Shown here: positions 63,896 through 64,000 of the stretch, piece after piece
Position numbering within the stretch: the first letter of the stretch is position 1
Layout of the letters: each line of letters opens with the position of its first letter
Assembly: GCA_036172245.1 (NCBI GenBank)
Contig: JAYWIR010000053.1
Coordinates: 806,001 to 870,000, forward strand
DNA: 64,000 bases
Source of the DNA: Raillietiella orientalis
Taxonomy: Eukaryota
Reading direction: 5' to 3'
Program-made: the position numbers and the translations under genes
Notes under the pieces: generated by a model
The model's input: only the letters and a program-made list of their open reading frames with translations
What the model was told of the DNA's origin: nothing
Database searches by the model: none

Positions 63896-64000
63896 TAGAA
63901 GGTCCCTTACGAACGCATAAGTCATGAACGCATCGGTGCCCCCAGCAACCGCTAGGAATACTTCAAATGGGGCCTATCACGAGTAAGTGCCTTGTATCGG

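Overview
Eukaryotic, GC-rich, apparently gene-free window made almost entirely of nested, decayed copies of one L1/Tx1-like non-LTR retrotransposon (LINE) group. ORF2 carries an APE endonuclease, an RT with DxxKAFD, RQGD.LSP and YADD motifs, and a C-terminal zf-RVT-like Cys/His domain. No copy has an intact ORF, and the ORF track is mostly frameshifted pieces and shadow frames. One near full-length copy (34178-40314) shows the 5' UTR, ORF1 with a zinc knuckle, ORF2 and the 3' UTR. Main observations: (1) elements end in AATAAA plus a CCCGG..CCGGG hairpin with no poly(A) tail, in about 13 copies; (2) repeated self-nesting with clear 8-14 bp TSDs, including one target site present three times; (3) a ~310-bp duplication that behaves like a giant TSD; (4) a second 5' module ('module B', six copies) with ~39-bp/13-aa repeats and a recurring PR[KR]V[SH]F motif, sitting where ORF1 should be; (5) perfect hairpins specific to single copies. 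All calls come from manual reading and translation. Boundaries of old copies are approximate, and no database search was possible.
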